From NCBI GenBank assembly GCA_013265495.1, contig MU058844.1, positions 4,035,895 to 4,099,894 on the forward strand: DNA of 64,000 nucleotides, written 5' to 3'. The notes below the pieces were generated by a model. It made no database searches, was not told where the DNA came from, and worked only from the letters and a program-made list of their open reading frames with translations. This DNA is from Vicugna vicugna. Its lineage: Eukaryota. Positions 37,919-49,667 of this stretch are shown here, one piece after another (position 1 is the first letter of the stretch; the number at the start of each line of letters is the position of its first letter). The position numbers and the translations under genes were made by a program.

Positions 37919-39419
37919 AGGTCAGTAGTAATCTTATAATCCAAGAACTCTGTCTTGAGCTCTGCTATTTTATACTTACATCATTTCATAAATGTTGTCC
38001 TATTCAGTTTGATAGTTTATTGAGCATAGACCTATAGTTACCATCTTAATGGACACAGGAAATTTCATTGTTGACAGAACACAATTATTAAAATGTTCAA
38101 ATGTTCCCTTAATATTAGTTTTTCATTGGTTTGTTGTTTCTGTTTTGCTCCTTAGATATTACTACACTGAAAAGAAGACATATTTTTATAACATCTTCCC
38201 TTTGGTGACCCCTATACAGGGACTAGTCCTCCATCCTTAGGACTTCCACCTTTAGAGTATCTACCTTCACCTCTCTGATTACAACCTGACCTGGAGCAAT
38301 CTCCCTTTAGAGTTTCTAGATTTAAGGCTCTTGTCCTGCTTTCCGGGGCACCACAGCCCTTGTATCAATGTGACTATTTCCATCACAGCTAGATTCCTAT
38401 GGAGTAACACAATGGGATGGGAGGCAGGGCATGGTGGGTTGCATATAAGGAGACAGGGAGGAATAAGCAAGTAAGCAAAAGATAATTAGCACCTGCACAC
38501 TTCTTTTTTCTAGAGAGGAAAAATCATATAGTGAGAGAAAGTTGATCTGAAAACAATTTGAGAAAAGTAATGTTAAGGATAAGGAATCCACTGACAGCAA
38601 TACAGAGAGACATTTTATTCCTTCCAAATCAAATTTGGATCATATCAACTTGCAAAAAATGAATATGTTACAACATGGCCAACACTTATTTTTAGTAACT
38701 TAAGTATTAGTCCGTTTCTCTGAATGTTTATTTGGCTGTGATGATTTGGATCAATCAGAGAAGCAGTTAATCTTTAAACTATATTGCAGCGTGGTATAGC
38801 AACCACATAAAGATACAATCATCTTTTATATTTTAGCTCCTTCCATTCAAAGCACTATAAATTTTTAAGTGAATTTTCAAACACCAGTTTCTAAAGGAAA
38901 TATGCCTTTGGAGATCAATCGATGACAAATACAACTTGTTTTAATAGATTCCCTCCACTGCAGCTGCTGCTATGCTACCTGTAGATATTAAGGAAGAAAA
39001 CAGAGAGTGACTTTTAAACTGAGCTAGTTTAATCGCACATTGGAAAATTGGGAAGATTTGTTGAATGCGGGTTAAGGTTCATATTCTTTCATGTAATTAA
39101 GATTTATTCAGATAGTATGGAAAGATACTTTCTTATAAATTACTTTGATCTTGCTGATAAGAGTCTCCATCCTTAGGAGAAAGAGGGTCTACAGAGAAAG
39201 CATCCAGGGGTAGTGGAAAGTATCTGAGGCTACCTTCCTGTTATAAGCTCAGAGTCACTCTTTCTGAAATAGCTTGGCAGTATTTCAGGTCCCAATACTA
39301 GTGACTACTCATTAGACTGCTGACTCCCTTCTCACAACCCTACAATTCTGTTCATCCTTGCTTTTGAATTGGCATAACAAATCTACTTTTTTGGACAAAG
39401 GGGAGTGTGGGAAATAACA

Positions 39420-39610
39420 TAATACAGTAAAGCATGTGTTTGAAACCTGGCTCCAGAATCTCCTATCTACACAATCTTTCAGGTTGCTCAAACTCTCTAA
39501 ACTTCAGTTCCTTAATTTATGAAATGTAGTGTTAATGTCTAGCTAATAAGGTTGTTATTAGGGCTAGGTGAAATAACTTAGCAAATAAGTATTCTATAAA
39601 CATTAGTTCT
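39420..39610 (+). mobile_element. MIR SINE
   Basis: gtttgaaacctggctc...ctctctaaacttcagttcctt...ataaggttgttattaggg. Confidence 0.75.
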
Positions 39611-39678
39611 CTTCCTGTCTCCCCTAAGAAAATAATGTTTGTTCAAGCCAGAAAGAAAGGTCAGGCTACCACATGAAA

Positions 39679-39963
39679 TACGGACGGCTAACTTTACATG
39701 TGGAGGCCCAGACAGTAAGTATTTTAGGCTCAGCAGACAACAGAGACTCTGTTACAGCTACTCACTTCTGCAGTTGTTGTATGAAGTGGCCATCCACAGT
39801 ATGTAAACTAACGGGGGTGGCTGTGTTCCAATAAAACTATATTTACGGAGACTGAAATTTCAATTTTATGTAACTTTCACAAACATGAACCATTATTCTT
39901 CTTTGCTCTTGGGAACTATGAAAACGTGTGGCATGTTAATGGACCAAAGTTTGCCAATCTCTG
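39679..39963. mobile_element. MER58B-like hAT-Charlie element
   Basis: gcccagacagtaagtattttaggc...ggctgtgttccaataaaactatatttacggagactgaaattt...agtttgccaatctctg. Confidence 0.85.
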
Positions 39964-41349
39964 TTCTAGGGAATCAACAACAAATGAATGAGAACATTGC
40001 TCAAAATCAAGAAAGATTCAGTTAAAGAAAGAATGGAAAAGCAGGGGCAAATCAGCATTGCCTAGCATCTCTGTTCTGCTACTTCCACGATTGGTTTTGA
40101 TACATACTCATCTCTTCCTTCCCTGATCTCCCATAGTACTCATGTTCTCTGTTTTTGCACTAAGGGCATATTTGTCTGCAATGTAACAAAACCCAGTACT
40201 CCAATCTATGAGCAGAGATGTCTCAGATAAAAAGAACTTAGTTAAGATGGGCCCATTTGGTTACCATCAGGGTATTTTTATCCTAAACTTTTCTCTAGGA
40301 ATATGTAGGAGGCTTTTATATTTAGCTTTAATATAGAAATGGGAAGCTGTTTGGATACTACCTACATCCTGTCTTTTTTGTTTTTGTTGTTCTATAGTTG
40401 CTTTACTTACAAACCTCTCAGCTTCCCATGAAGATGGAAAGGTCGTTGAAACCAGGAACCATGCCATGTAATTGTTTTGCCACAAAATTGTACAGAACAA
40501 TATTAACAAACAAGACTTAGAAAATTGTTGGACAGATTCAAACAAGTTTGTGCTTTACCAAAATTTCCCAGTAAAACAATGTGTGGAATCAGGAGGCATT
40601 AACTTATGTGACCTCAGAAACACTTATGTTTCACATTGTTATTCCTAAACTTACAGGATTGCAGACAGCATCCAAATTTATCCTTATTTTATGACCAATA
40701 GTACATAACATGATTCAGCTGGCTGAACAGAGAGCTATAAGACACAGTGTGTCGTAGTATTTTATTTTCATTTTTTATTTAATTTTTGCATGAAACATGT
40801 TGGCTGACAGAGAAATTAAATGCAATGGCATGAACTTGGTAGCAACACTGGCTAAACCATTGGTTTCCCAAGGGAAGGATGCCAAGATGATCCACTGAAG
40901 TACAGGGGGAAAATTACCATTTTTTCTTACGTTACTTTTAATGGAAACAGTTAAGGAGAAGCTAAAGGTAACTGATACCTATTATATGCATGAACTGGTG
41001 CCATCATGTGCTGTCTTTGTCATGTAACCAGGTGTCAAGCCTATGGGCAAGGGATTCTGTGAAAGAATAAGAGAGAATGCTGATATATGGCCCCTCATTC
41101 ACCTGAAAAAAAATTGAAAAAGCTAACCCAAACAAATAAATGAAATATCATGAGTATAAATTAATTTTATTCCATGTGTATACTGTCAACAGGGGAATTG
41201 TGTTTAATTTCTGATCCTTAAGAATGGTATGCTTATTAGATGACCACAAAGCAAAAAGGCTTACATATAATATTCAAATGTACCATGATACTGGTAGCTT
41301 GCAAACTTTTTGGCTTCTGATAAATATTAGAAAAACCTATTATCAACAG

Positions 41350-43690
41350 ATATTTTGAAAAAATTTAATATGCAATATCAATTACAATAGTTTCAAAAAA
41401 CAAAATATATGCAAAAGGCTGAACATTAAAAACTATAAATATTGCAGAGAGAAATGAAAGAAGAGAGATTTACTATGCTCACAAATTGGAAAACTTAATA
41501 TTTTTAAAGTCAGTCCTCTTCAAATTGATCTAGAAATTAAGAACAATCCCAATCAAGCTATTTCAGTAGAAATGGACAAATCATTCTAAAATTTTATAGG
41601 AATATAAAAAGTCTAAAAGAGCTAAAATAATTTTTCAAAAAGAACAAAGTTGGAGGTTTATACCATCTGATTTCAAGACTTCCTATAAACTACAGTGATC
41701 CAGACAATGTGGTATCGGCATAAGCATAGACTAATATTTCAATGGAATAAAACAGAGAAACCAGAAACCTAATCCTATTCACATAAGATCATTAGTTTTC
41801 AACAAAGATATGAAAGTCATTCCATGAGGAAAGTTAGTTTTTTCAGCAAATTATGCTGGAATGAACAACTGGATAGTCACATGGGAAAAAAATTATCCTT
41901 GACCTCATGCTACACATAAAAATTTATTTGAGATGGATCATTGATCTAAATGCAATAGCTAAAGGCACAACATTTCTTGAAGAAAAGATAGGAGAAAATC
42001 TGCAACCTTGTGCTAGGCAAATATTTCTCAAAACACACAAAAGCAGGAATCACAAAAACCAAAAGTGATAAGTTGAACTTAATCAAAATTAAATGTTTTT
42101 CTCATAAAAGAATCACCATTATGAAAATGAAGATACAGCTAACTACTTGTGGTTGGCTACAGTGGAGCAGGCATTAGCAATATATATATATGACAAATGA
42201 TTAACATCCAAATTGTTTAAGAACTCTTACAACTCAACAATAAGGAAACAAACTACTAGTTAAAAGTGGTCAAAAATTTTAAACATTTACTTCACAAAAG
42301 ATACATAAATGGCCACATAGCACAACTAGCCAGCTTCACATCATTTGTCATTGGAGAAATGTAAATTGAAATCCAATGAACTTATCTGCCATGATCACTT
42401 CAGCTTGCAGGTGACCTGCACCTGCCCCTACATGGCTTCTCCTTATTTGACCTTGATTAGATATGATGGGGAGCAGCAAGTGGCTCATAGGTGCTGAACA
42501 GTAGCACCAGGGAGGGGTACTGGAGGATGGCCTGACTGGGTTAAGTTCTCTCTCTCCATCGAAAGAGGAGGGCAATAGCACCAGCTTTATTGCAAGGATA
42601 ACAACATATAATGTGTACAAAATCCTCACCACACACAGTAAAACTTGCCCTTCTCACATTCAAAGTAAATGCTCAACAATTCTCTATTATTAGTCATATT
42701 GTTTTTGTATGTCCTCTGAAACCAAGAAACAGTTGACTCTGGGTTCTGCTTTTTAATTTAGATTAGTAAATAGACTGTAAATGCATTGCCCCGTATGGTG
42801 GCCACTAGACACATGTGCTTACTGAGCCCTTGAAACATGGCTATAATGGAAATGTGCTGTAATGGAAAATACACACAGGACTTAGTATGAAAAAAATCAT
42901 GTAAAATATCTTAATTTTTTATACTGATTACATGTTGGATTGTTAACATTTTGCATATATTGGGTTATATAAAAGATATCATTAAAAATTTATTTTAAAC
43001 CAATGAGATATTACATACTTATTAGAATGGCTAAAATGGACAAGAATGGCATTACCAAGTGCTGACAAGGCTGTGGAGCAACTGAGTGAACACTCACATA
43101 TTGCTGGTAGGAGTGCAAAATGGTATAGCCACATTGAAAAATAGTTTGTCAGTTTCTTATAGAGTAAAACCCACTAATTTCACTCTTAGATATTAAGAGA
43201 AATGATAACAGTTGCCCACACAAAGACTTGTATACTAATAGTCATAGCAGCTTCGGTAATTGGAAATAATTGAAATATTCCTTAAAAGGTGACTAGATAA
43301 ATAAATTATGCTATCTACCTAAAACAGGATATTATTCAGCTACACAAAGTATCAAGTTACTGATATATATACAACAACATGGATAAATCTCAAAAATATG
43401 CTGAGTGAAAGAAGCCAGACAAAAAGGGAATAGTATTGTAGGTTTCCAGTTATACGAAAATCTAAAACAGACAAAATTAATCTCAACTAACAGAAAGCAA
43501 GTCAGTGGTTGTTTAGGGTGCTGGGACCAAGGAGGGAAGTACTGACTCCAAAGAATTCAAAGGAACTTTCTAGGATTATGAAAATGTTCTCTACCTTGAT
43601 TAGATTGATGATTATTAAAGTCATCAAACCATGCACTTAAAATGGGTGCATTTTATTGAATATGAATTATACTCCAATAGGTCAATTCCT
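41350..43690 (+). mobile_element. Old L1M LINE (ORF2 3' half and 3' UTR), interrupted at 42380-42999
   Basis: aagaacaaagttggagg...ctgatttcaagactt; tgctgagtgaaagaagccagac; cacttaaaatgggtgcattttattg. Confidence 0.88.
42782..42995 (-). mobile_element. MER33-like hAT-Charlie element, truncated
   Basis: gtatggtggccactagacacatgtg...aaatacacacaggacttagtatgaaaa...gattacatgttg...atatattgggtta; second end missing. Confidence 0.8.
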
Positions 43691-43808
43691 TAAAATAACC
43701 TCTTATATTAGTTATTCATAAAAATTACAGACTTAGAATATTTACTTGCTTGCTGTTGTTTTGAAAACTCAGGAACTCCCTGAGTGAAAACTGAAATTGG
43801 CCCCTGTA

Positions 43809-44179
43809 TGTGGAAGTCAAGGACAGACCAAAGAGAGAGGCAGACCTCTCCAGACTGGTAGGTGGTAAGTTTAATAAGCAAGGGAACTTACATTTGAGGC
43901 TTGTCTTGGGTTGCCACAAAACAAATGGATCTCTGCACCCATCTGCCAGAATCTTAAAAGTTTCCATAGAGGCCTTAATGCGTTCAGTCACTTATACCAT
44001 CCAGATGGTCTGAACTGTGCATTCCTCTCTCAAAGCTGTGTCCTTAAAAGTGACTCCCACTGTGGGAAGGGTGAGAAGGACATACATTCCAAGGACATGG
44101 AGGGGAATGGAGAGCCTTCAATTATTCGGGGTCAGCTTGTGGGTCTTCAATCATGCCTTCTTAATGACCTCCTCTGACA
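43809..44179 (-). mobile_element. Solo ERV (ERV1-like) LTR
   Basis: TGT...ACA ends, about 370 bp, GC step relative to flanks. agtttaataagcaagggaacttaca (ATTAAA on minus) is typical of an antisense LTR R region. TSD not evident. Confidence 0.65.
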
Positions 44180-45229
44180 TTAGTTTTCTCACTTATTATC
44201 TGCTTCACTCAGTAGACTGTGATTTCCACAAGGAGATGAACCATATCCCTTTTGTTAACTGTGTATCCAAGTCATATTGTACTTTGCCTGGCTTAAACAA
44301 GGCATCTTAATAAACACATCTTGAATAAACAAATGCATGAATGAGTAAATGAGTAGTCATTTGCATTCCATTGCCTCTTACACACCCAGTTTCCTTATCT
44401 AAATCCAGAATCTGCAAGTCTGTTAATTTCCCTATTCTTGAACTCAATCCATTACAAAATAAATAAAATTTGAATGTCTTCTGGGAATCATTAGGCTCTG
44501 AGATGTAGAGATAACCTCTTGAAAACAATTCATAGGCAAAATAATACATAGTCCAGGTCTATCCTAAAGTCTGTTAAAGGTTTGGAAACCTACCTTAATT
44601 AGGTACATAGATATTTACTTCCACAGAGCCTTCTTACCCAGGAACTACCCAATCCCTCTTTACCTTTGAGTGAGGGGCAACTGAATTCCAGCCCAAGAGT
44701 CCCAGCTGGTTGAACATTAAATATGCAGTAAGTCTAATCCACACACAACTGCCTTGTATGAGTACTATTTTTTGGTAGAAATCAAGCATAGGATGCTATG
44801 ATCTATGTCAGGTATAAGAAGTGATTGCATAACTGATATACCAAAACAACCCATAAACTAACTTACAGTGGAAGCATTAAACCTACAGTTCAAGGAGTAA
44901 AGAGCCAGAAGTGTTTAGAATCCCACTATGCCCCAATACCATTGGAGAAATGGTGAGGACAGGGGGGCTTCCATTGCAAATGGTGTGTAATTGATACAGT
45001 GTGAATCCCAAAGGTCAGGGCTCCTCAGCTGACTCCTGGATTACACTAAGTGCAGAAGTAGATTATAATGCAGAAGCCTATTCCTGTAAACAAAACCAGT
45101 GGGAGGGTAAGATATGAGAGATACGATTCAGAGCAATGTGGATAGGTAGAAACAGGGGAGGCCAGAAATTCTGGCCTCATTACATTTAGGTTTTGGAAGG
45201 GTGATGCATTTTTTAAAATTATTTTTCTT

Positions 45230-45645
45230 GTATTAAGACTTTATTTTTTTTAGAATAGTTTAAGGTAGTTGTCCCCCAACACATGCATAGCCTCTCTCAT
45301 TATCAACATCCCGCATTAGAGTGGTACGTTTGTTGCAACTGATGAATCTACATTGACACATCATTATTACCTAAAGTCCACACTTTACATTATGGTTTAT
45401 ACTTGATATTGTACATTCTATGGGTCTGGACAACTGTATAATGACATGAATCCAACATTATGGTATCACACAGAGTATTTTCACTGCCCTAAAAATCCTC
45501 CGTGCTCTGCCTACTCATTCCTCTACTTCTGCAAACCTCAAAACCACTTATCTTTCTACTACCTCCATAGTTTTGCTTTTTCCAGAATATCATATAGCTG
45601 GAATCATACTGTATGTAGCCTTTTCAGATTGGCTTCTCAGTAACT
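45230..45645 (-). mobile_element. L1MC1/2-like 3' UTR
   Basis: ctacattgacacatcattatt...cactgccctaaaaatcctccgtgctctgcct...atgtagccttttcagattggcttc. Confidence 0.85.
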
Positions 45646-45738
45646 TATTTCTCAAATCTCAAAGACTGGCAAGAGTAAAGTATTAAGTAGTACAGGAATG
45701 TTTTCTGTTGAGCTGGTATGGTGCAGGAAATGGGATTA

Positions 45739-46597
45739 TAATTATCAGAGAAATGTAAATCAAAACCATAATGAAGTATCATGTCATACCAGTCAGAATG
45801 GCCATCATTCAAAAGTCTACAAATGATAAATGCTGGAGAGGGTGTGGAGAAAGGGCACCCTCCTACACTATTGGTGGGAATGTAGTTTGGTGCAGCTGTT
45901 ATGGAAATCAGTATGGAGATTCCTCAAAAAACTAAAAATAGACCTACTATATGATCCAGCAATCACACTCCTGGGTATATATCCAGAGGGAACCTTAATT
46001 CAAAAAGATACATGCACCCCAATGTTCATAACAGCACTATTTACAATAGCCAAGACATGGACACAACCTAAATGTCTGTCAACAGATGACTGAATAAAGA
46101 TGTTGTGGCATATTTATACAATGGAATACTACTCAGCCATAAAAAATAAAATAACGCCATTTGCAGCAACATGGATGGAACTGGAGATTGTCATTCTAAG
46201 TGAAGTAAGCCAGAAAAAGAAAGAAAAGTAACATATGATATCACTTATATGTAAAATCAAAAAAAAAAAAAGACAGATTTATTTACAAAACAGAAACAGA
46301 CTCACAGATGTAGAAAAGAAACTTATGGTAACCAGACGGGAAGAGGGCAGGAAGGGATATAAATTAAGAGTTTGAGATCTGCAGATACTAACTACTACAT
46401 ATAACATAGGTAAACAACAAGGTTCTACTGTATAGCACACAGAACTATATTCAATATCTTACAGTAACTTATAAGAAAATGAAAATGAATATGTGTATAT
46501 ATTTGTATGACTGAACTATTATGCTACACACCAGAAATTGACACAACATTGTAAACTGACTACAGTTTAATAAAACATATATATACAAAACAAAAAT
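45739..46597 (+). mobile_element. Young 5'-truncated L1 (ORF2 C-terminus and 3' UTR)
   Basis: ORF 45830-46093 ([43 protein letters not shown]). Collinear with 16288-17132. Confidence 0.92.
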
Positions 46598-48059
46598 CAA
46601 TGAATCCAGCTATGAGGAGTTGGGAGAGGAGAGACTAGTTAAATAGAGGCTGGGCTGATACAGGAACACACAACAATAAAATTGACCATGCTCAGGAAGA
46701 GAGGGGCTTTGAGAGCAGGCAGTGTAACCAGTAGTGGGGAAGGGAGTAGCAAAAAGGACACTAAACAGAACCTTGGATTTCAACACACAACAGCTTAATA
46801 ATGATGAATTTTGTTCTCTTCTTCCAAGTTCTTTCTTGTTACACATTTCAATTATGACTGAAAATGACTTGGAATAGGTAGTTTCAGGTGTGATTACCAC
46901 ATTTTAAGGAAGTCAGGTGTTACAGTCTTAAGGAGGGCAGCTTTCTCAGCTATTTTACTACAGTGAGTGAGTCTATTGAAGTTGATTACCTTTCAGTGAT
47001 AGGAAGAGTGGCCTAAGTTGCCCTAATTCAAGCTTTTATTAGATTTTGTTGCTTTCAGAGAAATGACCAACTCTTTGCTCGATTCAAATCTTCTACTTTA
47101 AGAAGAGCTGGCTTCAATCTACTAAATATGTAAGCTGCAACTTCTACTAAAGCACTGGGCATCTGGTTAAAGATTTGCTATTTTCAAAAGTGTAAATGTT
47201 CAGCTGATCTACCAATAACAGGGCATGACTAGGTTAGCATTTTTAAAATAAATAACTCCTACAGATGATTTAGAAAAATGGCATTTTTGTGGGAGCCAAG
47301 GGCTCACAATGGACATTGGAAGGCTGATGTTAAGTTTTTTGGAGTAAAGCAGAAACTGATAATGAAACAGATATAATCTGGGGGGAAAAGAGGTCACTCT
47401 TGACTTTAAAAGCCATAATTAAGACAAAATGTAAACTACCAAATAAAATGAATATATATGGAACTTACATACTCACAAGCACATGTAAATCATCTGGTAA
47501 ATAATATTATTCTTCTATGTAATTCTAACTATGTAGCCAAATATCTGGTCAGTGACTGTTACACTGCTTGACCATAAACTATACAGTACAACACTGCATA
47601 ACAATTTCACCAGCTGTTTGTAAGAGAACTTTTGTTTTGGTTTGATTCATTCAGTTCAGCTTGGGTTGGTTTGGATTGAATTTGAACAGGTGAGCTCAGA
47701 AAACATGTATTTTTTGTCAACATAAGTCAATCTACCTCTCATTAAATGCTAATGTCACAAGACTGGAAGTAACATCAAAGATTTTTGCTATAAAGGCCAC
47801 TAGCACAATCAATATTACCTTGAATGTAAGTACAACTCTGGACCTGGACACACTCCAGTTATCCTGAGTGTAGCTGGGTGAATAAGGTCTTTACATTATA
47901 ACTTAAAGGTTAGTAGGTTAAGATAACTTAATTGCTTCCAGAGAAAGTGAGACACAGAATTTCATCTTATCTGCATTCTGCTTCAGGGTAGAACTGTAAT
48001 AACATTTCACTGGACTTCAACCACGGGTCATTTCACTCTCGGGTCCATTAGAAATAACA

Positions 48060-48290
48060 GAAAGTACCTGGGCTTTGTAGATCTTTGTAGATCTCAAATC
48101 CTAACTCCACCACTAGCTGTGTGTCCCTGGGCAAGATATGTGAGTTCTCTGGGATCCAGGTTCCTCCTCTGCAGTATAAGAATATGTCATCTACTTCATA
48201 GAGTTTTGTGTGAATTAAATAGGTGAACACAGATAAAGCACTGAACCTAGGTTTTGAAAAATAGTAGGTTCAAATACAAAAAAAATTAAA
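48060..48290 (+). mobile_element. MIR SINE
   Basis: ctcaaatcctaactccaccactagctgtgtgtccctgggcaag...tctacttcatagagttttgtgtgaattaaat. Confidence 0.85.
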
Positions 48291-49438
48291 ATTCTCTTCC
48301 CATATTCAAGGAGAATTCTATGTGATTTCATTCACACAAGCCAGGGCCATCACCTACTTTATTTCTGTTTGTTTCCATTTCTTATCTCTAAGAAGGAATA
48401 GAGGCAGATTTTAATGACCATGTTCCCATTTTGCAGAGTGGAATTTGGGCACAGCCTAGCATTGATTTTGGTATGCACATCCCCTCTGACACTCATTGGT
48501 TCCATGTATGTGGCACCTTTTTGGTTGGTTTCTTAGGGTCTCCTTATACAAAGATTGCCTAAGCTGTGCCCCATTTTGATTTTTGGTTTTAAGCTGTTGG
48601 CTTTTCTCAAATTCTAAAACCCTGTGAGCTTCCACCATCTTCCCCTCCTCATAAGTTTGCTCCTCCCTTGATTTCAGTGGTCCTCTCACTGTAGAACGTC
48701 ACATGCTCTCCTGCATTCTTGCTTGGGGCTAACCCAGGCCATAGCACATTTGGGAACACTTATCAAATGGTAATATTCTGAAAGCAATTTATCCTTTTTT
48801 TTTAATATTACATAAGAATGTAAGAATGAGATTACTTAGATATCAAGGCTTAATTGCTCCTCAAAGTAACTTGTTTGGAAGTAACATAAGCAAATCTATA
48901 ATAAAATTTTAGTAAACAGAACGAATATAAGAAGTATTCTCAGTTCCCCTTATATTCAGTGACTATAAAAATTTTGGTCTGTTTTGTTTTTTTCCTTAAA
49001 CCATGACATTTTTCTCTTTTAACACAATTATAGTCACAAGACACATGTTATTTTATAGTCTGCCTTTTCACTTAACATTAATTTTTACAATGATTAACAG
49101 TCATACTTCAATATCCAAATTACTTCCCTAACAAGTAGATCTAATTCTATTTATCTAGTTTTCCATTTTGGATGAAAATTTAGGTTGTTTCCAAGTTTTG
49201 ATTATTTAAACAATACTGTAATGAACACTTAATGCATAAGGTTTATAATTTACTTTTTAGGATTCTCAGAAGTGAAGTTACTGAATCAGAGTGGGCACAT
49301 TTTGCTGTCTCATAGTGTAGTTGCCAAACTGCTTTCCAAAAGGAATATAAAAATTAATGCCAGGAGACTGATTCTGCCTGTATCTCAGCTTTCATTAGGA
49401 TCAAGCTCCACATAGAAGCTGGAATTAGAGAACTTTTT

Positions 49439-49667
49439 TTAAAACACCTTTATTGTGGTATGATTCCTGTACAGTAAACTACACATACTTCAGATGTACA
49501 ATTTGATGAATTTTGATAGATGCATACACCAATCACCACCACAATCAACATAGCCAACATTTCCATCACTTCCCAAGAGGTGCAAATTTTGAATTCCCAA
49601 TTTATTCCTTCCCACCCCCTTTACCCACTGGTAACCATAAGTTTGTTCTCTATGTCTGTGAGTCTGC
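49439..49667 (-). mobile_element. Chimeric L1 3' fragment (L1MB-like terminus plus young L1 3' UTR piece)
   Basis: 49439-49580 is an old-type 3' end. 49581-49667 matches 16845-16927 and 46297-46383 in antisense. Flanking repeat agag(a/c)acttttt. Confidence 0.7.

Noticed and set aside
40398..40471. Plus-strand exon ALLTNLSASHEDGKVVETRNHAM*
   Set aside because: Isolated acceptor with no partner exons and an unrecognised peptide.
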